Positions 40,157 through 50,132 are shown, counted from the stretch's first letter. The stretch: 64,000 nt of DNA from a virus (IMGVR_UViG_3300010429_000664:26066-90065); one strand, 5' to 3'. Notes: generated by a model from the sequence alone, not told the origin. Numbers and translations are program-made.

Positions 40157-40546
40157 TTAGTCCTGTTTTTTAACTCTCTTAACCGGAACGTTAAATCTTG
40201 TAAAGCACCGTTTGCATTTTGAGCACTCTTTACGCTTTATATCGCACCAAGTAAATCTCCATATACTTCCGCATCGATTTGGATAGTACATGTAAGTAAT
40301 CCAATATGTATAGAGAACAACAACTATACCGCTTGTCCATATAATTAACTGAATCCAATCCAACTTAAAAATAGTCCATGCCATTACTGTTGTATGTGTA
40401 AATAAAGACGTTAAAAGAAAAGACCTAGAAACGGATTTAGATGTTTTACATTTTTTAATTTTATTAGCAGCAAAAAAATATTTTACCGAATCCAAAATTC
40501 CGGCAAATAAGGTAATAGCCGCAAAGGAAAACTCAAAAAACGTCAT
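40157..40546 (-). CDS. Divergent SWEET/PQ-loop-like membrane protein with Cys tail
   Basis: Three hydrophobic helices around K..K.K.SKSVS; KY replaces PQ; C-terminal C..C.RC. Confidence 0.5.
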   Translation of the reverse strand: MTFFEFSFAAITLFAGILDSVKYFFAANKIKKCKTSKSVSRSFLLTSLFTHTTVMAWTIFKLDWIQLIIWTSGIVVVLYTYWITYMYYPNRCGSIWRFTWCDIKRKECSKCKRCFTRFNVPVKRVKKQD

Positions 40547-40816
40547 ATTAATCTCATTTTAGGATTATTCTTTCCAGCCGAGTTCATAATACTAAATAGA
40601 CTGAGTTTCCTCGTCTACCCTCCGATAAAGGTTAACCAAGTGCTGATAACGTTCTTCGACTTCTTTAGTGACTGTTCGAGATTGCTTTTCTGAACATCCA
40701 AAACAATCTATAGGAACAAATAAAGAGCATTTGTTTGCTATATCGTATAAATCAAGGTCTATCCACATCTGATATTTACAGCAAAAATCCATTTTCATAG
40801 TAAACTCCTTGCCCTC

Positions 40817-40845
40817 ATTATAGCATTGACGAACCTTCGTGTCAA
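40817..40845 (-). promoter_or_regulatory. Sigma70-type promoter
   Basis: TTGACA-17-TATAAT with TGn; AAGGAG RBS and ATG 40798. Confidence 0.85.
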
Positions 40846-41421
40846 TTAAATCTTTATCGGTCTGGGGTCTGTTTTTAGCCAGCGGTTATATAATGTAAGC
40901 ATCTCATCTATTGTTTTAGGATAAAATTCCCATTGGTCTACTCCGACGTTAATACATCCGACTATTTTTTCCTTTCGTTCAAACAACATGAACTTCCATT
41001 TGTCGTGAACATGACCGACTAAATTTATTTTATATGACCAGTTTATATGAGAAGGATTATGGACCGCCCAAAAGTCCTGCCCACATAGATGCAATAACAT
41101 ACTACGTATTGGTGTCTTACATCCGTTATTAACGTCGTGATTGCCTTCTATAAATATAATTTTGCAGTTAAAGACTCTCTCCCATGTCGATGCTTTTATA
41201 ATAGACCCTTCTCCGTCTTTGCCTCCAGAACTGTTCTTAAAGCAGAAATCTCCTAAGTGAAACAAGGTATCCGTAGACTTGCACCGCTCGTTTGTGTTGC
41301 GGATAATAGTCTCATTCATTTTATCTAAACAATGAAAAGGACGATTGCAGTAATGTAAAATATTGGCGTGTCCTAAGTGGAAATCAGATGACAGATATAT
41401 CATATTTGCATAACTCAACAT
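40846..41421 (-). CDS. Calcineurin-like phosphoesterase
   Basis: SDFHLGH, HLGDF, EGNHD, VHNP, VGHVH, NVGVD; start may be 41403. Confidence 0.85.
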   Translation of the reverse strand: MLSYANMIYLSSDFHLGHANILHYCNRPFHCLDKMNETIIRNTNERCKSTDTLFHLGDFCFKNSSGGKDGEGSIIKASTWERVFNCKIIFIEGNHDVNNGCKTPIRSMLLHLCGQDFWAVHNPSHINWSYKINLVGHVHDKWKFMLFERKEKIVGCINVGVDQWEFYPKTIDEMLTLYNRWLKTDPRPIKI

Positions 41422-41806
41422 TTGCTAAAGTTAAAAAATCTCTCGTTTCTTCAAAACCACGATACTCCGTTCCGTAGTAAATAGTTTTAACTCCAAATGT
41501 TACTAACGCTTTGGCACATTGTAAACATGGAGAAACGGTTATATAAGCTTTCTTAGAAGAGCGAAAATCCGCGTTCGAATGAAGAATTGCGTTAACCTCC
41601 GCGTGTACGCATCTACAACCGCCAGGAACGGCCTCCTCGCAATCGTCTTCGCAATGAGGCAGACCTTTTGGACTTCCGTTAAATCCGCATCCAAGAATAA
41701 GATTATCTTCTGAAGTTATTACGCAACCGACCGAGAGACGCTGACAGGTGGAGTTCTCAGCCATTGCCTTTGCTATTTTCATCATCGTTCTTACGGCATA
41801 TTTCAT
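41384..41806 (-). CDS. dCMP deaminase-like protein
   Basis: STC.R..VG, GFNG.P.G..HC, VHAE.NA, SPC..CAK; start reassigned to ATG 41806 (GGAGG RBS). Confidence 0.88.
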   Translation of the reverse strand: MKYAVRTMMKIAKAMAENSTCQRLSVGCVITSEDNLILGCGFNGSPKGLPHCEDDCEEAVPGGCRCVHAEVNAILHSNADFRSSKKAYITVSPCLQCAKALVTFGVKTIYYGTEYRGFEETRDFLTLANVELCKYDISVI

Positions 41807-41950
41807 TCTTATCCTCCCAATATTTAGTATTACACCAACGGCATCCTTTGGGCGTTCTCCATTCTTTTGCGGGCATATAGCGAAAGCACGATAAACAAAT
41901 ATTATCACGTTTGCATCTATTTATAATACTTTTAATGAGATTACTACTTT

Positions 41951-42673
41951 TCAAAATTTGTAGTCCTTGTTTTTTGAATTAAAGTCATAATTGGTTAACC
42001 CTGCATCTAATTTCAGATATTGAAACATATAAATAGCCGTTATTTTGTTATGCCAATCGTATAGGATTACTCTAACGGGAATACCGCTTTCTTTATCCAA
42101 GTTAATAAATGCTCGATAAGATTGATATTCTGGTTTTTCTGGACATATTCGTTCGAAGGAATACGTATTAAACTCGCCTATTTTCTGAGTTCCGTGAAAT
42201 TTGAACTTACATTCTTCGTCTTTTTCAGCAATTTTATACTGCTGTAAAAGTAAGGTCATTAAATTTTCTAGGGTAATATCTTTAATAGAGCGATTAGATT
42301 CAGCCTTTAGTCTGGGGTCGTCAAGAGCCACATCTATCGAAGGTATAAACATGCCCAGTAATCCCTCTAAGTGAACTTTTAGTTTATTGTCGTTCTCGCC
42401 TTCAACATATAAAACCTCTCTGTCCTTTTTAACTCCAGCGGTCCACTTGAGATATAATTTAAATGGCTTTTTAAATTTAACTATAATAGTTTCTGCTTCT
42501 TTTAGTTTTCCGTTTACCGAATCTTGTTTAACAAATATAGCTTTATAATTATCTATTTTCTGAGAGGTGCTTAATCCCTGCCCTAACAGTGCTATAGGCG
42601 ATACTTCAATATTTAGATAGCAATATAGAACAAGAAGCATCAGTAGCAGTAATATCATGTAAAATTTACGCAT
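41951..42673 (-). CDS. DUF1571-like exported protein (LolA/RseB-like fold suspected)
   Basis: N-terminal hydrophobic signal; Y.A.F.KQD.V.GKL...E.I.VKF.KPFKLYLKW....DREVLYV.G.NDNKL pattern; start reassigned to ATG 42673. Confidence 0.7.
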   Translation of the reverse strand: MRKFYMILLLLMLLVLYCYLNIEVSPIALLGQGLSTSQKIDNYKAIFVKQDSVNGKLKEAETIIVKFKKPFKLYLKWTAGVKKDREVLYVEGENDNKLKVHLEGLLGMFIPSIDVALDDPRLKAESNRSIKDITLENLMTLLLQQYKIAEKDEECKFKFHGTQKIGEFNTYSFERICPEKPEYQSYRAFINLDKESGIPVRVILYDWHNKITAIYMFQYLKLDAGLTNYDFNSKNKDYKF

Positions 42674-42928
42674 ATTAATCAAAATATGTAGGGGTTTTAA
42701 GTAAGAGAGCATCTGTAAATCTAAGAACGTCACATCGATACATGCCAAAAACTTCGTCTCCATTTTCATCGGTTATAATCGGGCAGGTATTGACACCGGC
42801 AATATCACAGAACTGCTCCCATAAAGTACCGATTTTTTTAACTTTGGCTCGTTTCATAATATATTTTTTCGTTTCTTCTATAGTAAGTCCTTCCGAGTAT
42901 TTCCCAAATTTACGAATATCTATCTTCT

Positions 42929-43039
42929 TCATATTATCTCCTCTAGAACGATTTTAATATTCGCTGACCAGTGGTTAATTAACATATAGAATACGAACGC
43001 TAACCCGGAATAAGTTCCAAGAGCAATAAGAAGTAGCAT
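42929..43039 (-). CDS. 36-aa single-pass membrane peptide
   Basis: Hand-translated MLLLIALGTYSGLAFVFYMLINHW...; not in the ORF track. Confidence 0.5.
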   Translation of the reverse strand: MLLLIALGTYSGLAFVFYMLINHWSANIKIVLEEII

Positions 43040-43046
43040 AAAATAT

Positions 43047-43691
43047 TTATATAAAGAAGACATATATCACCAATAGAAGTTGAGCTATTGTTAAAAATAT
43101 AAAACCATATCGAGTAATCTTTGCAAGAAACGCCGGAAATTTTTTAATCTTTTTTTCTAACAAAAGCAACCATACAAATCCTCCGTCTAGGGCAGGAATA
43201 GGAAGAAGATTAAAAGCAAAACAAACGATGTTAATTAATTCTAACTGAAGTAGAAAATCATTGGGATTATAAATACGAAATAATTGTAGAAGCGCGTGAG
43301 GGTCTTGTAAAAATAATGCCGTTATTAAAGTATAATCTACATAAAGTCCGGCAAGAACAGAACCATAGTTCAGCCAGTAGCAAATTACCGCTATTAATAA
43401 GTTTGCAGCGACTCCGGCGGTTAAAATAATGAACTTATATCTGTACTTCTGAGCTAAAAATCCGTTTTTAGCCTTGGTAAGTTCACCTTTTAGATTAACA
43501 AAACCGCCTAATAACCACGGAGTTATTCGTATTTCGGTCTTTTTTATCTTGTAGGATAGATAAGGCTTCCCAAATCCAATAGAAAAAACATCAACGCCGA
43601 CTCCGCACCAAATCGCAGCCAGCAGATGACCCATCTCATGACAAATGATAGAGGTCATAAGACCGATAAATATATAAAGAGCTTCAATCAT
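43047..43691 (-). CDS. M50 site-2 (RseP-type) intramembrane metalloprotease lacking PDZ
   Basis: HEMGH (HExxH), FSIGFG, GGFV, AG..ANL, NLLPIPALDGG. Confidence 0.92.
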   Translation of the reverse strand: MIEALYIFIGLMTSIICHEMGHLLAAIWCGVGVDVFSIGFGKPYLSYKIKKTEIRITPWLLGGFVNLKGELTKAKNGFLAQKYRYKFIILTAGVAANLLIAVICYWLNYGSVLAGLYVDYTLITALFLQDPHALLQLFRIYNPNDFLLQLELINIVCFAFNLLPIPALDGGFVWLLLLEKKIKKFPAFLAKITRYGFIFLTIAQLLLVIYVFFI

Positions 43692-44038
43692 ATTGACTTT
43701 CGAAAGTAGTGTTCTATCTTTTTAAATTCATGATACGGCATAGTTATCATTCCACATCTAAACTCGTCTAATCTATAAGATATATGCACATACTTTCCGA
43801 GGCTACGAATGATTTCTATATTTGTTATGAATTTTATCGGTATATTACCCAGCGATGTGTATAATATGCCATTTTCAACCGTCGGTAAATCGCTTACAGG
43901 ATGTACCTGAACAATTTTCGGTTTATCTACCTTAATAACTGCGGTATTTTTATCTTCCAGACCCAACATTACTAGAAGTGTCAGGCATACAACGAGAAAA
44001 AAGATAGCGATTGCATCGGTAATATTGAACTTCTGCAT
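43688..44038 (-). CDS. Single-pass membrane protein
   Basis: 116 aa with one N-terminal TM (AIAIFFLVVCLTLLVMLGL), between the two membrane proteases. Confidence 0.65.
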   Translation of the reverse strand: MQKFNITDAIAIFFLVVCLTLLVMLGLEDKNTAVIKVDKPKIVQVHPVSDLPTVENGILYTSLGNIPIKFITNIEIIRSLGKYVHISYRLDEFRCGMITMPYHEFKKIEHYFRKSI

Positions 44039-44793
44039 TATACACCTTCTAGAAATTTAAGGATTTTTGATAGTCGTATGCAATAACCGTATGTCTCGGT
44101 TACTCCGTTTGTATTAAGAATAGCAACTGAATTTGTTACTCCAATCAGTTTTCCTTCGTACATGAGACCGCCACCTGAATTACCGAAAAACATTTTATTT
44201 GTAATAAAGTATCCCTTTTCATCTATTTTAGCGACAATTCCATTGCTGATAACATCTTCTATTCCGCCTGGATTCCCAACAAGATATACCGTACTTCCAA
44301 CAACAGGAACCCTATCAGATAATTCAATAGTCGGAACGTTCAACTCTGATACACGATAAAGGGCCAAATCATTTGTTCGGTCTATCTTAACAAGAACCAT
44401 TCTCCTCCAAAGAGGAGACTTGGTAACAACGCTTAAAATTTGATTATCTTTTGACGTTAGATGCGAGCACGTTAATACATACTTTTTTCCTTTATATGTA
44501 ATATACGTACCAGAACCAAGACCTTGTATCTTCCGGTTCATCAGAAGAAGGTTCGATTTCAGCATATCTTCTGAATTAGGCAGGTCTATATTCAACTTAG
44601 TAGTAAAGGTTTTTTCGAGTTCTTCTGTTGCGTCTCCAATTACTTCTAAAGTTTCCCGGTCTTGACATGCCATATCATCCAGAAGAGTGTACACTGATTT
44701 CATCTGATTTTCATATTGAATAACAAATTTGTTAATTTCATAAGCAGAAAACACTACGACACACATTAGTAGAAATATTGCTAAATTTTTCAC
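44038..44793 (-). CDS. Membrane-anchored trypsin-like serine protease (no PDZ)
   Basis: N-terminal TM; triad TCSH, NDLAL, GNSGGG. Confidence 0.9.
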   Translation of the reverse strand: MKNLAIFLLMCVVVFSAYEINKFVIQYENQMKSVYTLLDDMACQDRETLEVIGDATEELEKTFTTKLNIDLPNSEDMLKSNLLLMNRKIQGLGSGTYITYKGKKYVLTCSHLTSKDNQILSVVTKSPLWRRMVLVKIDRTNDLALYRVSELNVPTIELSDRVPVVGSTVYLVGNPGGIEDVISNGIVAKIDEKGYFITNKMFFGNSGGGLMYEGKLIGVTNSVAILNTNGVTETYGYCIRLSKILKFLEGV

Positions 44794-45383
44794 TTCTTAC
44801 TCCTTTTGGCTTTAGGTGTTCTGTTTATCACCGAGTTGGTTATTATATCATCAATCATACCTTTTTCGAGACACTCTGCCGGAGATAACCATAGTTCTCC
44901 GTGAGTAGCTTTAAGTAAATCGTCTGGAGTAAGTTTGGTATGAGTTGAAAGAAGTCTAGTAGACTGTTCTTGCAAACGTTTCAAAAAGGCCACTCTATCA
45001 ATAACTTTAGTTGTATAGTCGCCCCATACGCCACCGGCCATATCGTGACCCATCCATACAGAATTTTCAGTCATATAACGTGTGTTGCCAACAACAGATA
45101 TTAAACCGGCCATGGAAGCTGCTTCTCCGGAAACAACAGTAATGATTGGGCTATTAACACTTAGTAGTGTGTCAATAAGGGCAAATCCATCTGTAACACT
45201 TCCGCCCGGAGAGTTAATATGTAAAATAATAGGAGCCACTTTAATTTGTTCTAATACTATTATTTTTTTAACTAACTCCTCTACTACTTCTTGCCCAACT
45301 TCTTCGTAAAGAAAAAGCTGCCGCTGAGAAAATAGTACTCGGTCCAAATCAAATTTTCCGTTTTTCAGTAAATCCTTTTTCAT
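44790..45383 (-). CDS. clpP: ClpP-like protease
   Basis: INSPGGSV.DG, GEAASMA, MGH; Glu (HGELWLS) at the position of the triad Asp. Confidence 0.85.
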   Translation of the reverse strand: MKKDLLKNGKFDLDRVLFSQRQLFLYEEVGQEVVEELVKKIIVLEQIKVAPIILHINSPGGSVTDGFALIDTLLSVNSPIITVVSGEAASMAGLISVVGNTRYMTENSVWMGHDMAGGVWGDYTTKVIDRVAFLKRLQEQSTRLLSTHTKLTPDDLLKATHGELWLSPAECLEKGMIDDIITNSVINRTPKAKRSKK

Positions 45384-45618
45384 TTGACCTTTCCTGTTCT
45401 CACAGCAGCAGCCGTGATTTTAGTTACGAGGTTTCCTATTCTTTGAAAAATCTTGATTATTTTCCGGCTTTGACTGTTCGCCGATACCACGATTATTAAT
45501 ATATTTCTCGATTTGATTACCGTAATCGTGACCGTCTTTTGTCTTCTTTTCTTCGTCATTAAGTGCTGTAGCCACACATAAACAAATAACCAAAGCTAGA
45601 ATAAATTGCATTGTCACC

Positions 45619-46113
45619 TCACTTTGTAATAAGGTCGAGTATACGGAAGTAGGCTCCTTCAACGGCATCAAGGTAGTCCTTAACATCTTCTGGCGAATTA
45701 AATCCCTTACCTGCCATAACCCTACTGATTCCCTCTACCGCTGATTTCATAGCACACTGACGAATAATCTTGTCCTGTTCTTCCGGAGACTTAGCATACG
45801 ACTTCTTATATTCTGGCTTTGGAGCCGGAGGAGTTGCCTTTGTTTCTGTAACCGGAGCCGAAGCTGCAACAGTTTCTGTCTTAGGAGTAGCCACGGGTTC
45901 TGGAGATTTACAGGAAACGACTATACGTTCAATAAAGTCCTTCTTATCAACTTGTTTAAGTGTAAGTTCAACTTCGGTTTCAGACTTTAAAGACTTCTTA
46001 GCATAATGAAAAACTGCTTCGGAGCAATCAATCCACCGTTCCTTCGTGTTGTCGTCCTTCCGAATCTTCAGCATGAATTGTGACCCCTTCTGAAACGCTG
46101 CTAGAAACTTCAT
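45619..46113 (-). CDS. Putative ssDNA-binding protein
   Basis: OB-like N-part, P/A/T-rich linker, IIRQCAMKSAV motif; adjacent to the exonuclease. Confidence 0.35.
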   Translation of the reverse strand: MKFLAAFQKGSQFMLKIRKDDNTKERWIDCSEAVFHYAKKSLKSETEVELTLKQVDKKDFIERIVVSCKSPEPVATPKTETVAASAPVTETKATPPAPKPEYKKSYAKSPEEQDKIIRQCAMKSAVEGISRVMAGKGFNSPEDVKDYLDAVEGAYFRILDLITK

Positions 46114-46957
46114 TTTTAACTCCTTTTTTAAGTTTTTTCTTTAGTTTCTTCTTTTCTTCTTTTTTACAACACTGCTCGTACGTAATTACATTCAAATTAT
46201 TTTCGTATACCGAGGCCATCCTTTCTCGTAAACTTCTGAACGGAAATAGGTCTACTAACACTTCTTCTTTAGGCGAAATCCTAGCCAACGATTCTATTAT
46301 AGCACATTCGACTGATGGTGGCAAGCATAAAAGATTAACTAATGTTTTTCTGCGTTCGTAGTCTTCTTCTGTTAAAATTGGGTTTATAAGATTGTCCGTT
46401 TTCTCTTTTTCAATTTTTTTAGCTATTAGTTTATAGGCGTTAAAGTTCGGAGGAGGAACTAAGTATGCTCCCTTAACACCTCCAAATTTTTTAAGAATCG
46501 AAAATATTTTAACGTTTGGATATAGTAATAGCTGTTGCCAATCGGCATCATAAGACACTAAAACTATTTCTTTGTCAGTATATTTTCGACATATAACGGC
46601 TGCAATATCGTCGGCTTCTATTTTAGGTATTTGTATGAAGTGCCAGTCTGTAGATATGTCAAGTTGATTAGCTAGGTCATTAAAACGCTCGAATAAGTCA
46701 TCCCAGTCTATTGCTTCTTCGGCATCACGCTTTTCTTTACGGTCGGCTTTATATGTAGGGTCTAGGTCTTTTCTCCAGTTTCCTCTTCCATCTCTAGCTA
46801 CGATTACTTCGTCGTCAGTTGACAATCCTATTTTTTTAAGTGCAGATATCATCATAGATAAGGCGATATACTCTGGAGGAACGCTCTTATTCCACTTAGA
46901 GGAAAAAATTGAACGAAAAACGAATATAGAGTAGTCTAATACTACAATCTTACTCAA
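46028..46957 (-). CDS. 5'-3' exonuclease / T4 RNase H-like flap nuclease
   Basis: LDYS, ARDG..NWRK...P.YKADR, EADDIAA, S.DADW.QL. Confidence 0.88.
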   Translation of the reverse strand: MSKIVVLDYSIFVFRSIFSSKWNKSVPPEYIALSMMISALKKIGLSTDDEVIVARDGRGNWRKDLDPTYKADRKEKRDAEEAIDWDDLFERFNDLANQLDISTDWHFIQIPKIEADDIAAVICRKYTDKEIVLVSYDADWQQLLLYPNVKIFSILKKFGGVKGAYLVPPPNFNAYKLIAKKIEKEKTDNLINPILTEEDYERRKTLVNLLCLPPSVECAIIESLARISPKEEVLVDLFPFRSLRERMASVYENNLNVITYEQCCKKEEKKKLKKKLKKGVKNEVSSSVSEGVTIHAEDSEGRQHEGTVD

Positions 46958-47338
46958 GAGGTTTGCTCTTATTTGGTATTATTGAGTTTGGATGATGACA
47001 ATAAGGGCAGTTAATTGTAATTTTACCTGATACTTTTATTTTAGTTTCATCAAATGGTAGTTCTAGTCTGCGATGACACTTCACGCACCAGTGTATCTTA
47101 ATCACAATAATTCTCCTCTGGACCGTAATCGTCGTCTATAATATTATTCATAACTTCAGGGTCCGTCCAGTCGCTATCTTCGGGGTCATAATCTCCAAAT
47201 TCCGTTTCATAACATCCGATATGATAATCCTTTCCTTCGTGATGAACAACTGTGTCGTCTGCATATATTTCTTCTTTGCAATAAGCGCACCAACTAATTT
47301 CTTCATTGTCAATAATTTCGTCTAGGTCATCGTATTCG

Positions 47339-47893
47339 TTACGCATTATAATACCTCCTCATTATATCATCTATTTGTAAAAAAACGTCCTCTATCGGTA
47401 CAGAACCGTCTATGCTGATTAGAGTATCTTTAAACTTTTCTACTTCGGTTTCAGAAGAATGTTGAAGAGCATTAACTTGAGCGTTTCCATCTCTATACAT
47501 AAGTCTCTGAATACGAATTTTTTCAGGAACATCTATATATAGACCTGTCCATCCTGCTTTCAATAGCGCATTCGATTCATTAAAAAAACGTACGTCATCG
47601 CATACGTATTGAGATGGTATAATCGAAAAGGCGGATTCAGTTAGTCTAACTATTCGCAAATCTTCAATTAGTCTTTTGACCCATATATCTTCGCTGATAT
47701 GATTTCGTCCTGCATCGGTTCCGATATATTGTAGAAGTTTACGGTCTTTCTGACCCATAGAGAAGTAATGTTCGGCAATGGCGTAAACCGGGTGAGCGAA
47801 TTTAGCTTGCTTATAGTAGTAGGTTTGTTTTAAATAGTTGCTAATAGCCGTCTTACCGGCTCCGGCTTTACCTGCTAAAAAAACGTTGGACAT
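47339..47893 (-). CDS. Deoxynucleoside monophosphate kinase
   Basis: GKAGAGKT, FA.P, LQ.IGT..GR, DDVRF.NE, H.SE. Confidence 0.88.
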   Translation of the reverse strand: MSNVFLAGKAGAGKTAISNYLKQTYYYKQAKFAHPVYAIAEHYFSMGQKDRKLLQYIGTDAGRNHISEDIWVKRLIEDLRIVRLTESAFSIIPSQYVCDDVRFFNESNALLKAGWTGLYIDVPEKIRIQRLMYRDGNAQVNALQHSSETEVEKFKDTLISIDGSVPIEDVFLQIDDIMRRYYNA

Positions 47894-48206
47894 TACTTGT
47901 TCTCCTTCGTCTTTACTTTTTCTTTCGCGGCTTTTTTTGCCATAAGTTCTGTCAGTTGTTTTTTTAATTTTTCAACTTCAAGACGGTTGGCATAGAGAAG
48001 TCCGTCTAAAATTGTTTTACACGTTATACAAAAATAATGTAAACGAACGTTAGAATTTTGTATCTGTTGATAACCAACATTCTGGGGAGGATTGAAGTAA
48101 GTTTCTGTTGATGAAATATTACAAACCGTTGTGGCGTTTATACCAACAAGAAAGAGACTCTCGTTTTCTTTAAGAACTTCTCCACATACATCACAGTAAG
48201 TCACCT

Positions 48207-48821
48207 TCATGCTGGCCTCGCAAGGTTGTATTTCTTTTGTATAAATTTACAACATGCCGATATATTATAAAATACCTTACCTTCGGATAAAATAACCGCC
48301 CACAATAGAGAACTGTTCGCATCGGTTTTCACGCAGTCTGGTAATATTAAATAAATAGGTATATGAAACATGAGAGCTAAAAAAACTTCATATATAGAAC
48401 CAACTGTTTTGTGGTCTTTAGGTAAATATAGAATTATAAAATCAGAACGAACTACAGCTTCCGCGTCTCCAAATTTACAGTCATCTTCATAAGTGTTGCC
48501 ATCTGTATACTTTCGAACGCGTAATGTTTTAAGTATGTCTATTAATTCTCCATTAGGAGATACTTGCCCGAACCATATCTTCGACATTTCTTTCATAAAA
48601 TGGTCGAAATGTCCGGCCTGTTTTAGACTTTTTACATATGCTACATGTTCACCAGGCGGTTGACCTACCTTACTGGCTTCCATTTGTACCGGGTCATATA
48701 TAAGTAAATCAGAATGTTCTAATTTTGAATTAATTATATCGCGCCAACTCTTCATATCTTTTTTAGAGACATGTTCGATTGCTCCGGCAGTGTAGGTCAT
48801 TAGTTTGAATTTTTTACTCAT
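48207..48821 (-). CDS. Nucleoside 2-deoxyribosyltransferase-like protein
   Basis: YTAGAI......WR......YDP...D...V..SDF...Y......GS.YE. Confidence 0.65.
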   Translation of the reverse strand: MSKKFKLMTYTAGAIEHVSKKDMKSWRDIINSKLEHSDLLIYDPVQMEASKVGQPPGEHVAYVKSLKQAGHFDHFMKEMSKIWFGQVSPNGELIDILKTLRVRKYTDGNTYEDDCKFGDAEAVVRSDFIILYLPKDHKTVGSIYEVFLALMFHIPIYLILPDCVKTDANSSLLWAVILSEGKVFYNISACCKFIQKKYNLARPA

Positions 48822-49572
48822 AACTGATAACCTTTAAATTTTTAAGTTCTTTCTGTTGTAATATTGTTATTTTAATATTAGGATAGCAGTTTACGAAGGT
48901 TTGTATTTTTTCTTTGGAATTTTTATACCAATAGCCTTTAATTTCTATATATTCATCTGTTTTTGGCAAATAAAAATCTGGTGTATAAGTAACATGTTTA
49001 TTATTTAATAGAAATGCGAACGTTTTCGGCTCATAAATCCATTTAACATTTAGATTGTCTAAATACTCAGCATATTTTACTTCCCATGACGAACGCATTA
49101 AAAAATTTTTATATACATATGTAGCCAGATGTCGCTGTTTACCGTACCATTTACTGCGTTTACCAGACTGCCAACAAGACTTGCAACTGATAGCCGTATA
49201 AAGTTTTAGTTTTTTACCACAGTAAATGCAGTTTCCTATTGATTTTGAAATTCCGTTCTTCCAATTATGATGATTTTCGCCACTTCTAATTTTTCCCGAA
49301 CACTTCCTACAATGAATACTTTCTCTTCTTACCAGTTCTTTTTTACATATTCTACAATAGTTTTTAGCATATTTACGCCTAGAACAGTCTTTGCATATAG
49401 TAACTTTTTTATAAAAACTGCTTTTAGATAATATTTTATCACACAATCGACATTTCGGTAAAACTATTTTTGATTTTGATTTATCTTTAAAACATTTATT
49501 ACAAAGAACTGAAGAATTACATATAATTTTTCCGCAAGAACATCTATTATTTTTAGAATAAGGATTAGACAC
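48814..49572 (-). mobile_element. PD-(D/E)XK-type putative homing endonuclease (paralog of 23838..24467)
   Basis: Multiple CxxC motifs, HHNWKNG, MRSSWE, YTPDFYLP...YIEIKGYW. Confidence 0.75.
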
Positions 49573-49574
49573 TT

Positions 49575-49826
49575 TTATACATCCCCATTGTCAGAAATTT
49601 TAATATTTTCATAATCTGCAATACGTCTACGATACAGTTCTAATTTAACTCCCTCTAGAGCACCCAAAATATCGTTATAGTGCTGATATTTTTCTCCCTT
49701 TTCTTTGATATATTTATGACAAAGAGTCGTAATTAGATAATTAAGCTCTCCGGCATTATTGGGAACTGGAAAGTCGATTAGCGCTGATAAAAACCTGTTT
49801 CTCTCTTCGGATTTAATGTATGGCAT
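49575..49826 (-). CDS. Conserved small phage protein (MPYI...GELNY family)
   Basis: MPYIK...GELNY.IT...Y....G.LE..KLELYRR...YE..KI..NGDV. Confidence 0.7.
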   Translation of the reverse strand: MPYIKSEERNRFLSALIDFPVPNNAGELNYLITTLCHKYIKEKGEKYQHYNDILGALEGVKLELYRRRIADYENIKISDNGDV

Positions 49827-50132
49827 GTTTACCTCTTCTTTTTAAGGGATTTAGAAACCGATAGCATCTCGTGGTCTATTTCTTCTAGTATTTTAATATC
49901 GTCTTGTAATAGTTTTGAGAGACCAGCAATCTTGTGTTTACGTTCTATTTCTTCCAGACGACCTATTATGCCTCGAAGGTCTCTATAAATACACGCCATT
50001 TGCCGAGATAACTTGGTCTGTTCTAAGTAGTTATCGTTCTGCGACTTAAACGGTATTTTGAGCTTCTTACAGATTTCAGTTATCGTTAGACTTATCAAGG
50101 AATCTCGCATCGATACTTCTCCTATTTCCTTT

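Noticed and set aside
44790-45383. ClpP-like gene as prohead maturation protease
   Set aside because: No portal, scaffold or capsid genes are nearby; it sits on the non-structural strand among membrane proteases. Not fully excluded.
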